DNA of 64,000 nt from Azolla caroliniana (taxonomy: Eukaryota; Plantae; Polypodiophyta): NCBI GenBank assembly GCA_043228905.1, contig JBHGNT010000007.1:17918001-17982000 (forward strand), read 5' to 3'. Position 1 is the first letter of the stretch. Each line of letters opens with the position of its first letter. This document shows, in pieces, positions 34,105-46,899 of this stretch. The notes beneath the pieces were generated by a model that did not search any database, was not told where the DNA came from, and saw nothing but the letters and a program-made list of their open reading frames with translations. Made by a program: the position numbers and the translations under genes.

Positions 34105-36855
34105 GGATGAAAATAGGAGGGGGTGACTTCCTATTACCAGCTGAAGAAAAGCAATTCAGGGAGATGTTAAAAAGGCATGGAAAGGTGTTCGCATTCCAAC
34201 CTGAGGAAATAGGGTGTGTGGATCCAGGAATAGTAGAGCCCATGGTTATATTCACTATCCCTCATATTCCATGGAATTTTAAATCAATACCCATGCCTAG
34301 GGCTAGAATCCCTCAACCATTAGAACTTCTAAAAGAAAAGATAAGGATGGGTATCTTGGAACCATCAAACGCTCCTTACTCGAGTCGATGGTTCACTATG
34401 TTAAAGAAAGATGGGCGACTCCGATTTATCCAAGATACGTAACCCGTGAATAAGGTAACAATCTGAAACTCGGGAGTAGGGCCAATTGTGGATGTGTTTG
34501 CTGAGATGTTTGTAGGAAGAGCTATATATTCAATGGGAGACCTTTATTCCAGGTATGATCAATTTCAACTTGCTATCAAAAAGTCGAGATATTACTTCTA
34601 TCAAGACAACTATAGGGTTAGTATGGATGTGTACCTTGCCGCTAGGAGCGACCAACTCAGTGGTGCATATGATGAATGGAATGAACAAGGTACTTCGTGA
34701 TTTTATTCCTCACATTACAAAGCCTTTTTTAGATGATGTTTTGATTAAGGGATGCAAGGAGGAAGAGAAGAATGAGGAATTGGACGAAAGTGGTTGCCGA
34801 CCATATCAAGGATGGAAGAAGTGCAGTTGACCTTATCAGGGGCGAAGTCAATATTTGGGGCAAAAGAGATATTAATAGTTGGTCATATGTGTGTCCCGTA
34901 TGGGAGAAAGCCATCCCCAACCAAGGTCAATGCAATTCAAAATCTGCAAGAGGAATGTACATCCATCTCAGAAGTACGAAGGTTTTTGGGGGTATGTGTT
35001 TTTTACTGTAGATGGATTCCGCATGATGCCCATTTATCTGAACCTTTATACGAAGTCCTAAGAAAAGGAGAAACATTTGAATGGAGTGAAGAGTATTCAG
35101 AGGCAATGAGGAAATTGAAGTCCTACTTGGCACAAGCTCCACCATTAAAGCAACCTGACTACACCCAACCCATATATCTCACAATAGACTCTAGTCCCAT
35201 TGGAATTGGATGGGTGATAAAACAACAAGATAGGGAAGAAAGGTATCCAGTCCGATTCGGAGCGAAGGTTCTTAATGGTCGACAAAGAAAGTATGCACAG
35301 GTGAAAAGAGAGCTATGGGGGATAGTAACAACAGTTAAGACATATAGAGATTACTTAATTGGTGCTGAAGTAATAATAGAAACGGATTGTTTGCCGATTC
35401 TTTGTATCATAGCTAATTGTGATATTCCAGATCAAGCTATGTTAAGATGGTGCATTTATATTAGATCAATCAACCCTGAAGTTCGACATATATCTGGGAA
35501 TAGAAATGTAGTAGCAGATATGTTATCAAGAGCAAGGTATAAGGAAGAGGAGATTTTAGACTTAGACAATGAGGACAAAGAACAAACAGTCCTTACCACA
35601 AGCATTAGCCGGGAAGGTGGAATGCACTTTCTAGAAGAAGAGTATGAAGAAGAATTCAAGGAAATAGGGAAATATCTGCAAGCCCTTGACAATTTTAAAG
35701 GTCGATATGGAAAAGAATTCACACAGTTTCGCAAGAAAGCCCATAAGTTCTTCTTGCATGAGGGATATCTGTGGCGACATCCGAAAACCAAAGCAAGGAA
35801 ACCCACAAAGAGTAATAGGTTCTGAAGAGCAAAGAAAGGACATAAAGAGAGATCTGCATGACAAAGAATGGGCTGGTCATCGAGGAGTGTGGGCCACTTT
35901 CAGTAAGATTAAAGAACGGTTTTGGTGGCCTCAATACTATGAGGAAATAAAAAAGTATGTGGACATGCACTACGAACAACAGGGACATTAGGAGTATGTC
36001 AATTCATCTTGGAGGACATTGTTTCTAGATATGGATGTATCGGGAAGATAGTGGCTGATAGGGGAGAGCTCAATTCTGCAGATTCCTAAAGATCAAGATT
36101 TTTTCGACAAAGTAGGAATTCGGCTTTCTTTGACAATGGCATACAATCCAGAAGCTAATGGAAAGATAAAAAGGGGGCATGGGCCAATAGTCAAAGCTTT
36201 AGCAAAGGCATGTAAAGGACAGGTCAGTGATTGGCCAAAAATCGTACCCTATTCACTATGGACTGATAGGACAACTCACAGCATTGTTACTGGATATATG
36301 CCTACAAAATTAATCACAAGCCAGAAGCTGATAATGCCAATTGAAGATAAGATAACTACATGGGTTGTGTTGCCTTGGGAATTAGAAATGAGTAGGGAAG
36401 ATTTACTTGCTATTCTGATACGACAACTTTCAATCCAGAGCAGAAAACAGAAAAAGCAACTACTAGATTGAAAGAAGCAAGAATCAAGAATAAGGACAGA
36501 TTTGATAAGATAAAAAGAATACGACCAAGAAAGGTGCAAGAGGGAGATTGGGTATTAGTATATGATAGTAGCCTAGATAATCAATACAATACTATTCGAA
36601 AGTTCACAAAATGATGGTTTGGACCTTATGAAGTTAGAAAAATAACAGATAAGGCCACATATTTCCTCAATGAATTAGATGGAACAGAAATTTGTATCTC
36701 AATTGCAAGAAAAAGGATTAAAATATTTAAAAGGAGGGAGTCACTAGAACCCGAATTTTATGCAGAAGGAAAAGAACTAAAGAAATCAGAAGAAGTGTTG
36801 GATGAACTCTGCACAACCAATGTGTTCAGAGGGGGTGGGTGTCGTGAAGGATTTG

Positions 36856-37100
36856 CTTCACGATATAAAAATAAACTTAAATATTGTATTCAATAATATT
36901 TCAAACACTTGAACCCACAACCTTATAAACCAAGCACAAAGTACATACCACTAGGCAAGGGTATTTATTTTTTGAAATATTGTAAAGAATATGCTTCATG
37001 ATATAAGAATGAAGCTAAATATTGTATTGAGCAAAATTGAGAGACTTTAACCCTCAACCTTGTATACCAAATGCAAGGTATACACCCCTAAGCTAAGTTA
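36856..37100 (-). promoter_or_regulatory. Two tandem ~137-bp units in LTR C, each with a tRNA-like cassette
   Basis: Minus strand TGCCTAGTGG..AAGGTTGTGGGTTCAAGT (36960-36905) and TAGCTTAGGGG..AAGGTTGAGGGTTAAAGTC (37096-37043). Confidence 0.65.
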
Positions 37101-37365
37101 TTTGTTTTAAAAAATACATTTCCATCATTGTACTTATCCTATATCTATTTTCACACATGAGAGCTTAAATGAGCATGATGGCTATCATGCATCACATGTA
37201 ATGCATGTGTACCAAATGGCAATCATGCATCACATGAAAGTCATGCATTGCATGCATGCCATCCTCCCACACATTACCATATGCATAACACTACTTATAT
37301 AAAGAGGGGCAAGGAAAAGAAGAGAATAAAGAGAAAGTTAGAGAAATAATATAATTAAACAAACA

Positions 37366-37425
37366 AGTTAGCTCATTTGGGAAGACGCTCGTATTTTGAA
37401 CTTGGAGTCAAGGGTTCAAATCTAG
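37366..37425 (+). promoter_or_regulatory. Third tRNA-like cassette in LTR C, sense, downstream of the TATA box
   Basis: TAGCTCATTTGGGAAGACGC...GTCAAGGGTTCAAATCT. Confidence 0.65.
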
Positions 37426-38233
37426 AGTTTAGCGAAAGAAAAGTCGCATCTTGTGATCGACATTGTAACTTTGGTAAAATATTGTGTTGTTAATATAAAG
37501 CTTGTTCTTATAATACATTTTCACTTCTTAAATCATACATTATCTGTTATCTCTTATCTATGCTCATCTGTCTCTCGCACATTACTTCTAACTCTTGTTC
37601 TTCCTATCCATAATCTTTCTAACATTGTTGCACAAGCCTTATAAAATATATAGCCAACTCCTTTTAACCTTAGTCCCTGCGACTTCACCACACAAACCAC
37701 AATTACCCCAATACCGGTCACAACCGAGTTGTACTTTACAGCTTACAGATTAACTTAACAGAGTAGAAATAGATTCAAGATGAGACAGATACAAAGATAA
37801 CCCAAACAATATTTGTATTAATCACTGAATAGAAAATTATTACAAAAGGTAATGTATGCCGAACATATCTCTCTATCACTCGATACAGTATACATATATG
37901 TCTATTTTCTATCTATTTTCCTTTCGTTGTTTGTCGATTTATATAGCCTCCCCTTTTCTTGTCGCGCTTAAACAACCTCCTCCTGATCCCCAGCCTTTAT
38001 TCATGGTTGCTTGTATTTCGGTTACCTTCCTCGACTGCCAGTACTTGACTAGATTCTCCTTTTCATACTTGACCTTACTCGTCTCCTTTTTAAGATTTGT
38101 TTCACACCTCATGCCTTTTGTCCCACGGATAACACTTGCCATGCATGTGGAATAGTGCCTTGCACGTCAAACCCAAACAAAATAAAATCGAGAAATCGAA
38201 AATATTGACATCCAAAAAAAATTCTATAGTACA

Positions 38234-40500
38234 CTATTCTTCTTCCAAAATCGATGTGATGCCCTCCGGTTGCTCCGACTCCCTTGGTTTGAGATCGACC
38301 AAAAAATCGGCCCTTTGCTCTGTGTTCTCTTGAGCTTCAACTTTTTCCCCCAACTCTCGAGTCGTCTCCTCCTGCTTTGGCTCGTTTGTGTGAAACTCGG
38401 CTGAAAATCCTAGTCGTTGGTTTGCAATTACCGCCGTATCTTTCGGAGCCACTTCTTCCTGCTTTGGCTCTGTGGCTTGTTCAACCACTTGTTCCTTCTC
38501 CAAGTCCGGGCGCGTTCTCTCTTCCTTTTTCAGCTCTTGTGTTGCTCTCTCGGTCAACACGCCTGTTGAGGCCTATGCCGCGGCTTCGGCTTCCTTTTCG
38601 GCTTGGAGGTGTGCACGTTCATAACCTTTTGTTTCAATGGTGAGTAGCAGTTGATCATCGTTGAATTACTCAAGGAGGTTTCCGATGGTCGTGGTGTGGG
38701 TTTGTGCCAAGGCTTGGAATTTCGCAATGAGGTTTTCGCGGAGGATCTAAATGTTGTTCTCGTCCATTTTGTAAAATCTGTGGCCCTCTTTTTTCCGATT
38801 CTCGGCATCTGCTCGGAAGACTTGCAATTCGGTTGCTTGAGCCGACGATTCTTTCCATCCACAAGCTAGTGTCTCTTCGATTTTCTGATTCAACTTTGTC
38901 CGGTGCTTGGAAACCAAAGCCTTTACTTGTGCTTCACCCATCTCGTACTTGGCACGTAGAGTGTCCAATGCCTCTTTGGTAGTCGCAACATCAAGCTCGA
39001 GCTTGGCTTTCATGATTTTGTAGGACGTGGTGACCCCAGCGAGTTTTTTCTCCATCACTTCCGTATGTTGGTTGTAGCGTCGGAGGAGTCGATCCGAATT
39101 CTCGGCTAACTCCTGTTCATACCGCGGAGATCCGTGTGCTAGTGGAGAGTCTCTGAGAATGTATGTTGTTCTTGCTCTGACTCTTCCAACATTTGGAGTT
39201 GCCGACTAAGTGTTGCTTCAGTTCCGTGTGTTCGTGTTGGAGAATGATAAGTTGGTCATTTGTAATGGCAGAATCCCATTGGTATCCCTCCTCAATCTCA
39301 TGAATTTTAGTTGCGGATGCCTCTTTTGTCGCCCGAAGAGCAAGTGTGGAATTTTCTTCAGTTTCTTGGAGCTTGGTAGTTTGTGTGTCGAGCCATTGTT
39401 GGAGTTCGGCCTCTCGTTTTGTTGCCTACTCTCGGATTTGATGGGATTCCTCTTTGGCCATTTGGTAGTGCTCTTTGGCCTTTTTAGTAAGCACTGCTTG
39501 AACAATGAACTCTTTTCGTAGTTTGGAGGAGGGACCGCGACCGTTTCTAGAGTTAGGGTCAGGTGGTGTTCGGTGGCTGGCACCGATTCGGTTGTGTCCT
39601 CGATCTGGGTGGACACATCCACATGGTTAGGAGCAAGGGATGGGAGGGGGAGGGGGTTGGTTTGCCCGATGGCTTTGAGCCATTGTTCAATCTCAGCCAG
39701 GTGGCTTTCTCAAGCCTGCCACAGTTCTGTTGCTGTTTTGGCCTGTTTGCTACTGACAGCCATACCTTTAGTTGTGTGGGTCGTCTTGTCCAGTTCTCTA
39801 TAAGCTTCGACTAGGACCATGTTGAGCTTAGGTAGTTCGATCCGTATGTGACGAGTCTTAGTTTGTCGTTTCCAGCCGATTTGCTACAATTGTGGCTCCT
39901 CTTCCGATTCGAGCTCGTTGGCGACGTAGTTGAACCATTTGTGCCTCGGCATGTTCCTGGGCTATGCGTGCCGCCACGGTAACCTGGAGGCGACGAGAAA
40001 GTCAATTAGCTCGTACGCCATGCAGATTGTAAGATCACGCCGAGCTCATAGGCTTCGGCGGGCATATTCCTGAATGTCAACACTTCTTCTTCCGAGATCC
40101 AGACTATTGCCCTTACTCTGTATTCCCCTGTCAAAGACTGAGCTTTTATTGTGATGACAGCAACGGTCTTCTCGATTGCGATGACCAATTGGAGGTTCTT
40201 GGTCGCGGAGTCCCTTGTCTAGGAGGACATTTTCATCGTGTCCGCTGATTCTTCTCAGAGTCATTTCGATTGCTCCATGGATGACTGCCTGTTGTCATTT
40301 GTGGTTGTCCAGGTCTCCTCCTGGCGGTCTTGTCGCAGGCTGGCCGATTTGAGCTTAGGCTTTTCCACCAAAGTAGATGTCTTGGGCTTTTCACACCCCG
40401 GTATGGTGATGTTGTCCTCTGGCTCCTGGGCCTTGGTATCTGTGATCGGTCGTGGCGAGGTTGGAGTTCGGACAGGTGTATCATCCTACCATTCCTCTTG
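38234..40500 (-). pseudogene. Fragmented additional ORF of element D with coiled-coil, charged C-terminus
   Basis: Consecutive minus-strand ORF pieces (e.g. MMEKKLAGVTTSYKIMKAKLELDVATTKEALDTLRAKY) between truncated pol and the 3' LTR. Confidence 0.55.
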
Positions 40501-43500
40501 AGCTAACTGTAAAGCTCGTTGACATTTTGCCTAAGTGGGCAAGGCGGGGAGGGTGAGGGTTCGGCAATAATCGATAAGTAGAGCACCGATAAGTATGTGT
40601 ACTAGAGTAAGCAAGAATTGTTTCCCTGCATGGAAAGCCGACAACCCGGTGCGGACTCCTTCCCCTATGATGATTCCCTAATCGATTGCACCGCCTCTAT
40701 AGGCAATGATGATGATCCCTTCCTTCATCTTTGGCATGATGTATGCGTTAGCATTCACGCAGCTGAACTCCAAGAGAAATCTGGCTAATTCGCCAAAGAA
40801 CTCGTTAGACCTGCCTTGCGTGCGATACGCCTTTGCCGACACTGAGTACTCCCTGAAATGAGCTTCGAGGACGTTCTGAGGAGAAGCCTTGATGTCCTGT
40901 TCCCCACCTCGCTTAAGGCTCAACCCTGACTAGATCTAGTAGTTGGTAGTATCGTGGGTCTAACCCTTTCATGTCGTTGTACGACCATGCAAAGACATCC
41001 TTATATTCTGTGAGTAGACCGGCCAATGCCGAGCGTTCCTCGAGAGCTAGCTCCTTTGCGATTCTTAGTGTTCTCAGATCCGTGGTGGTACCGAGATTAA
41101 TCTCTTCTAGTGTTGACGCCTTCACTCGTTGAGATATGGCTAGTTCACGTTCGAGCGCTTCGCGTGCATGACATAATTCTTCAATTGATTTTGGATCGGG
41201 TTCTCCGTCTATATCTCGCTCTTCGCCCACCAGCTCAGAAACAAAAGGGTTGATGGTTGTTACGATGTCGATATCGAACAACGGAACAATCCTCGGGTGA
41301 TCCTCCAGAAAGTGGTCAACCTCATCATCGACTAGTCCATCGAGCATGTAACACCTTCCGCATACAAGGGAGTGGTGTCATGTGGGGTGTGGATTTGCTC
41401 CTCCGTGGCGACATGTACCTTGGTTTTCCCGCGTTGGAACAATATCATATTGTGCTGCCAGTGTTGCTTAATATTGGTCGTGCGTAACCAGGACGACTAA
41501 GCAACATTGGGTAGGTGCCAGGAGTATCCAGTCGTAACACCACTATCGAAATTGTGAATGTGTGGCCCCCGAGGATGAAATCGAGGTATTGGATTAAGCC
41601 CATCGAACGACCGGAACGTGTATCCGCCATGCGTAACCAAAATGGGCACGGTTCCCATTGGGTAATGTCGAGAACACGACATGTGGCCCTTCTAATGACA
41701 TTGACACCTGAGCCACCATCGATAATGCAACTGTGTACCTCCTGCCCTTTGATGTTGAGCTTCACGGCGGGGTTTTGGGAGTCCATTGGTGGTGGTCCAG
41801 CACTCAACTCGGCAAGGTGCATGGGCACGACCGCCAAATCTTTTCTGGTGGTCAAGGAAACCACTATGTCCTTGAACCGTGGAAGTAAATGAAGAAGCTT
41901 ATTTAGGGGCATTGATATCTAGCAGCTGGTAAGTGCTTGCCAAGTTGGATCGTCGTCAGTGAATCGGTGGGGCGTGAGGAAGTCGACGCACCGATAGTGA
42001 TGTCCTTCATCTCAATATTCATGTGGTCGACGTTTGCGTTATTAGCTTTCTTGATCCAGTCCTTCAAGGCTTGCCAGACTTCGTCTTGGACTTCCCATTG
42101 CGTGTTTTGTGCCTTGCTTCTTGTTGTGACCTGTTGGACCTCGGTCGTAATGATATTTATTGCGGGTCCTTTGCCACAATCATTGACTAGATACTACATG
42201 GCATAATGCCCTAGTTGATTACAGTTAAAACACGTGACTGGCGCTGAGTTGCTCGATTTCCCTTGCTTGAATTCAGTTGTTTGATACGATCAAGGGTTTT
42301 CTTCTATGGACGGCACGGCATACAACTATGCTCAGTGGGAGTCATCCTAGGGTTCAGTGTGGGAAGGCGGTCGATGATGATCTAGACGTGGTGGGTCCTG
42401 ACGTCGATTATTCGAGGGTTGTCGATTATTTCCCGATTGTCAATGACCTCGATTATGTTGGGGAGGCCGTCGATCGTGCCTTTGGTATGAACGATGTCTC
42501 TATTCGTAATCGTCGTCCCAATCGTAGTCGTAACGATAGTAGTCATCTACTAGTCGATAGTGGTCCTCTTTAGACCGGTATTGGTCGTCCTCAATTCGAG
42601 ACCTAACATCTGGCCAGTAATGCTCCTCCTCGGGCCGGTACCGATTGTCATGCCGATAGTGATCTTCCGCAGGTTGATGTCAATCTTCACATCGATGATG
42701 ATCCTCGTACCATGGTCACTTGTCTTTCCGATTCCTAGGTGGCAGACGATCACGATCATCCTGTCAAGGGCGATCATGGCGAGGCTCGATTTGGCATACC
42801 GGAGTGGCGGTTGTGCGGTTGAGCGGTTGAGCATATTATATTCACACTGTTCTACCACATGTGCCCAGGAGTGGTAGATCGGGCAATGTGGTCGAAGAGC
42901 GCAATCTACGGCCAAGTGGCCGAAATTCGAGCATGTCGTGCATTGGGTTTCTTCAAGTGTTGGCAAGGTGCTTTGGAGGGAACCCATAGAAAAAGAGGTA
43001 CTATGCTAAGCTCTATCCACAACGAGGACGTGGGCAACCACTTGCTTGATTGTCTGTTGTGAGAAGTCGGTTAAGGCTAAGGTCGTGCAAAGAGGCTCCC
43101 GTAATCCTGCAAGAAATGTGTCTTTTAGATGATTCGCGGACACATCTTGAGCTAGCTGACGATAGAGATCCTGGATGCGGATCGTAAACTGTGAAACCGT
43201 TTCATGTGGTTCTTGTGCGATAATGTAGAACTGGTGGACCAGTTCTCACTTAGGTATCTCACTATGGAAAAGTTTGAGGAATCAAGTACGAATGTCCTGA
43301 AACATCGCAAATTCCCCGAGATCATGGCAGGAATAACATCGTGTTGTTGGTCCATCGAGGGATAGTGTGAACTCTGTGATTTTCAATGAGTCAGCATCAT
43401 CAATGGTGAGACGCTGCATCGAATGGTTGGCTTGCCTGGTCGACAAAAAAGTTTGGATGTGTGATTCAATGTCGGGGCCATCCGTGTAACGCTTGTACAA

Positions 43501-44122
43501 ATATGACATGGTGTTGAAGTCTGGATCTTTGGGTAATGCAAGAAAGGGGTTGTATTCGTCTTGGTTGACTTCGAGGGACTATGAGGAGAAACGAGTTTAC
43601 AGCCTATGTTTGACTACGTGTCTGGTGCCGACGGCGGAGAGTGGTGCGACTCAAATATCTCCAGTGACGATTGTTGCATGAGCATGGAGTCGGAAGTGCC
43701 CTCGGTTGGGTCTGCTTGGCAGGATGGTATCTGAGAACGCGTGATGTGGATGGGCGCCGTAATGGAGACTGGGGTTTCCTCCTACATTGTTTGTTGTGAC
43801 CTCACAACATCCCACTAGGCATGCCAAGATTGTGTTATCTCCCTCTCGGAGAAACACCTTCGATTACCTCACTGAGTAATCAGGTCAAGGAATCTGGTTG
43901 CGTAGGGAACTAAGATAGGTCCGAGTAGGGCCGAACCATTACACGATAACCGGTCACAACCGAGTTATACTTTACGGCCTACAGATTAACTTGACAAAGT
44001 AGAAAATAGATTCAAGATGAGATAGATACAAAGATAACCCAAATAGTATTTGTATTAATCGCTGAATAGAAAATGATACAAAAGGTAATGTATGCCGATT
44101 ATATCTTTCAATCACTCGATAT

Positions 44123-44471
44123 TGTGATGGACAAGTATACTAGAGCGGAACGAAGACAAGAATAAGAACTAGGAGAGAGGAAAAAGAACAAGAACTCAAA
44201 ATTATGATTCCATAACTGGTGTCGTTCACCTTTATTAGAATCAAGGTGCACCTGAGTATTTATACAAGAAGGTAGGTCTATGTATGCCCACTAGAAATAG
44301 AGTATGCATGAGGATGCATGCATGCTAGGAATAGAGAATGCATGAGGATGTATGCAAGCTAGGAATAGAGGATGCATGCAAGTTAGTAGCTTAGTGGGTA
44401 GGATTGCCCAATGGAGACTATGAGGTCTTGGGTTTAATCCCTACCTTCCATCGTGCCATATGTCCATGACA
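44123..44471 (-). mobile_element. Solo LTR E inserted in the 5' LTR of D, with a tRNA-like cassette at 44386-44445 (+)
   Basis: Termini TGTGATGGAC / GTCCATGACA; absent from D's other LTR; degenerate TSD GATAT/AATAC (ancestral GATAC); TAGCTTAGTGGGTAGG..GAGGTCTTGGGTTTAATCCC. Confidence 0.85.
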
Positions 44472-44713
44472 AATACAATATACATATATGTCTATTTTCC
44501 TTTCGTTGTTTGTCGATTTATATAGCCTCCCCTTTTCTTGGCACGCTTTAACAGCCTCCTCTTGATCCTTGACCTTTATTCATGGTTGCGTGTATTTTTA
44601 TTACCTTCCTCAACTACCAGTACTCAACTAGATCCTCCTTTTCATACTTGACCTTACTTGTCTCCGTTTTAAGATTTGATTCACACCTCGTGCCTATTGT
44701 CCCACGGATAACA

Positions 44714-45010
44714 ATGCAAGCGTCCTAAAATCTTGCATCACCTTGAAAACCTTGCCAAAAGGCCAAAAATTACACATCGAGATTACAGAAGAGGCACAAG
44801 ATATTTTTGATTCATTGCCAAATCGAGATCTAGTCTTGTGGAACACATTGCTTTCAGGATATTCCGAGTTTGGGCCAAATAACAAAGTGCTACATTGTTT
44901 TACACAAATTCAGTTAGATGGTTTATTTCATGATGTTATCACATTGACATGTATAGTGAGAGCTTGTGGTAATTTGAAGTAAATTATTATTGGACAAAAG
45001 ATACATATCC
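44714..45010 (+). pseudogene. PPR gene fragment
   Basis: ASVLKSC..GQKLH..AQDIFDSLPNRDLVLWNTLLSGYSEFG..ITLTCIVRACG, then a stop. Confidence 0.85.
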
Positions 45011-45544
45011 ATATCTTATTGATAAAGCAAATAATGTCTATTATTTTGTGTACATGCCAAATAAACATGAAGACTAGTCTTCAACACTTCCTTCGAGCTC
45101 TTCCGCAATAGATCATCGACAATCACTCAACCAGTCTTTGATATTATAATTGCTTTACACTATATGCTTCCTCCTCGAAGATATGTAGGTTGTAAACCAG
45201 TTTTTCATTGACTTGGTAAATTATTGTTCTTCAACACCTGTTACAATTGTTGCATTTGTAGACAACAAATCTACCATGATATGCATGCACTTTGAAATTT
45301 CTTCATCTCCACAACCCCTCAACAATCCGCTTTATTAGAAGAAGCGAATAATCCATCAATAGTCCGGTTTATCACAACTTTCATACTCTCACATTAGGCA
45401 TGTCGGCTTCCGATTTATCATAACCTCACACCATCTTCGACCATCCTTATCCCCACACTATCTTCAGTCATCTTTCGACCCCCACACCACACCATCTTCA
45501 CTCATCCTTATCCCACAAAGAAATTCCATATGTTTCAATCCTAC

Positions 45545-46545
45545 CACCACACCAACATCACTTGTCCTAATGATCAACATAAATCTTCTTCATTCAACAG
45601 CTCAAGCACACCAATCATCTTGCCATCTCACTGATTTCCATCAAACATCCTGTATAGACAACAAAATTTAGTGTAAATAATTTCCTGACCTACTCATGAT
45701 AATCTGCTTCAACCCCCACACCATCTTCACTCATCCTTATCCCTCAAAAGAATTTGCTTCTTAAGTCCACATCAAACATCTCGCCGATTACCACCAAATT
45801 CCTGTACAAATAGCAGCAAAATTATTATAAAATGTTTCCTCATCCCCTCATATATTTGCTTCAGCCCCCACACCATCATCACTCATCCTCTCGTCATGGC
45901 AACATGTTATAAAGACAAATAACTACATGACAACAGCGACAAGTAGATCCTGTTTGCTGCATTTCCTAAGAAACCTAAAATCTTCTTCATTCCGACCACA
46001 TAACTTCTCACCGACCAGCTTGCCATGTCGTTGACTACCACCAACATCCACCACACCAACATCACTCGTCCTAATGATCAACATAAATCTTGTTCATTCA
46101 ACAGCTCAAGCTCGCTAATCATCTTGCCATCTCACCAATTTCCATCAACATCCTTTGTAGACAACAAAAATTTAGTGTAAACAATTTCCTCACCTACTCA
46201 TGATTGATAATATGCTTCAACCCCCCCACCATCTTCAATCATCATTATCCCTCAAAATAATTTGCTTCTTAAGTCCACACCAACCATCTCGCTGATCACC
46301 ACCAAATTCTTGTACAAATAACACCAAAATGAGTATAAAGTGTTTTCTCATCCCCCACACCGTCATCACTCATCCTCTCGTCATGGCAATATGCTTGTAA
46401 AGACAAATAACTACATGACAAAAACAACAAGTAGATCCTGTTTGTTGCAATCCCTAAGAAACCTAAAATCTTCTTCATTCCGTTCACATCAACACCTCAC
46501 CGACCAGCTTGCCATGTCGCTGACTACCACTAACATCCTGTACAG
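45545..46545. repeat. Imperfect ~500-bp tandem duplication, CA-rich
   Basis: CCACACCAACATCACT.GTCCTAATGATCAACATAAATC at ~45547 and ~46051; CTAAGAAACCTAAAATCTTCTTCATTCCG at ~45966 and ~46454. Confidence 0.8.
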
Positions 46546-46899
46546 ACAACAAAAAGAAAAAAGACGTTTAAAAAGTTCCTCTCCACAACAACATCACTTA
46601 TCCTAACAACAACAACATCGTTTATCCAAACAACAACAACATCGCTCATCTATGTTATGTCATGTTATTTGTACTAAAGACGGTGGCGGTGGCGGGAACA
46701 ACCAACGAGGTGGTATGTAATTCCACTTGACATTTGCGGCTTCATTCAACATAATACGAATTCTCATTCTTTTCTTATTAGTTGTGCGTCCAGAACCCTT
46801 ATAACTATCATAATCACCTTTAACCGTATGTACCAATAAGTCCCAAAAAGACTTTACCTAATCCATGATGTGAATGTTTTCATCATTGTATAGCTTGGA

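Larger units (their letters stand above)
28181..37692 (+). mobile_element. 5'-truncated Ty3/gypsy element C (protease, RT, RNase H, partly deleted integrase; 3' LTR 36840-37692), split by a Penelope-like insertion
   Basis: ALIDHGSYIN, PSNAPYSSRWF, PLGATNS..PFLDDVLIKG, TIDSSPIGIG, AYNPEANGKI; PPT AGAGGGGGTGGG; LTR termini TGTCGTGAAG / CTTCACCACA. Confidence 0.88.
37710..44713 (-). mobile_element. Non-autonomous Ty3/gypsy element D (Tat/Ogre-like): LTRs ~37710-38134 and ~43944-44713; gag, protease, RT truncated, extra 3' ORF
   Basis: Matching LTRs starting TGTTATCCGTGGGACAA on the minus strand; knuckle CTTCSNFGHLAVDC; CIIDGGSGVN; EYKDVFAWSYNDMKGLDP, after which RT is lost; no clean TSD seen. 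Confidence 0.82.

Noticed and set aside
37693-37712. TSD for element D
   Set aside because: The flanks (ATTACCC / ATGCA) do not match; they seem to be consecutive pieces of the PPR pseudogene with a damaged left LTR end.
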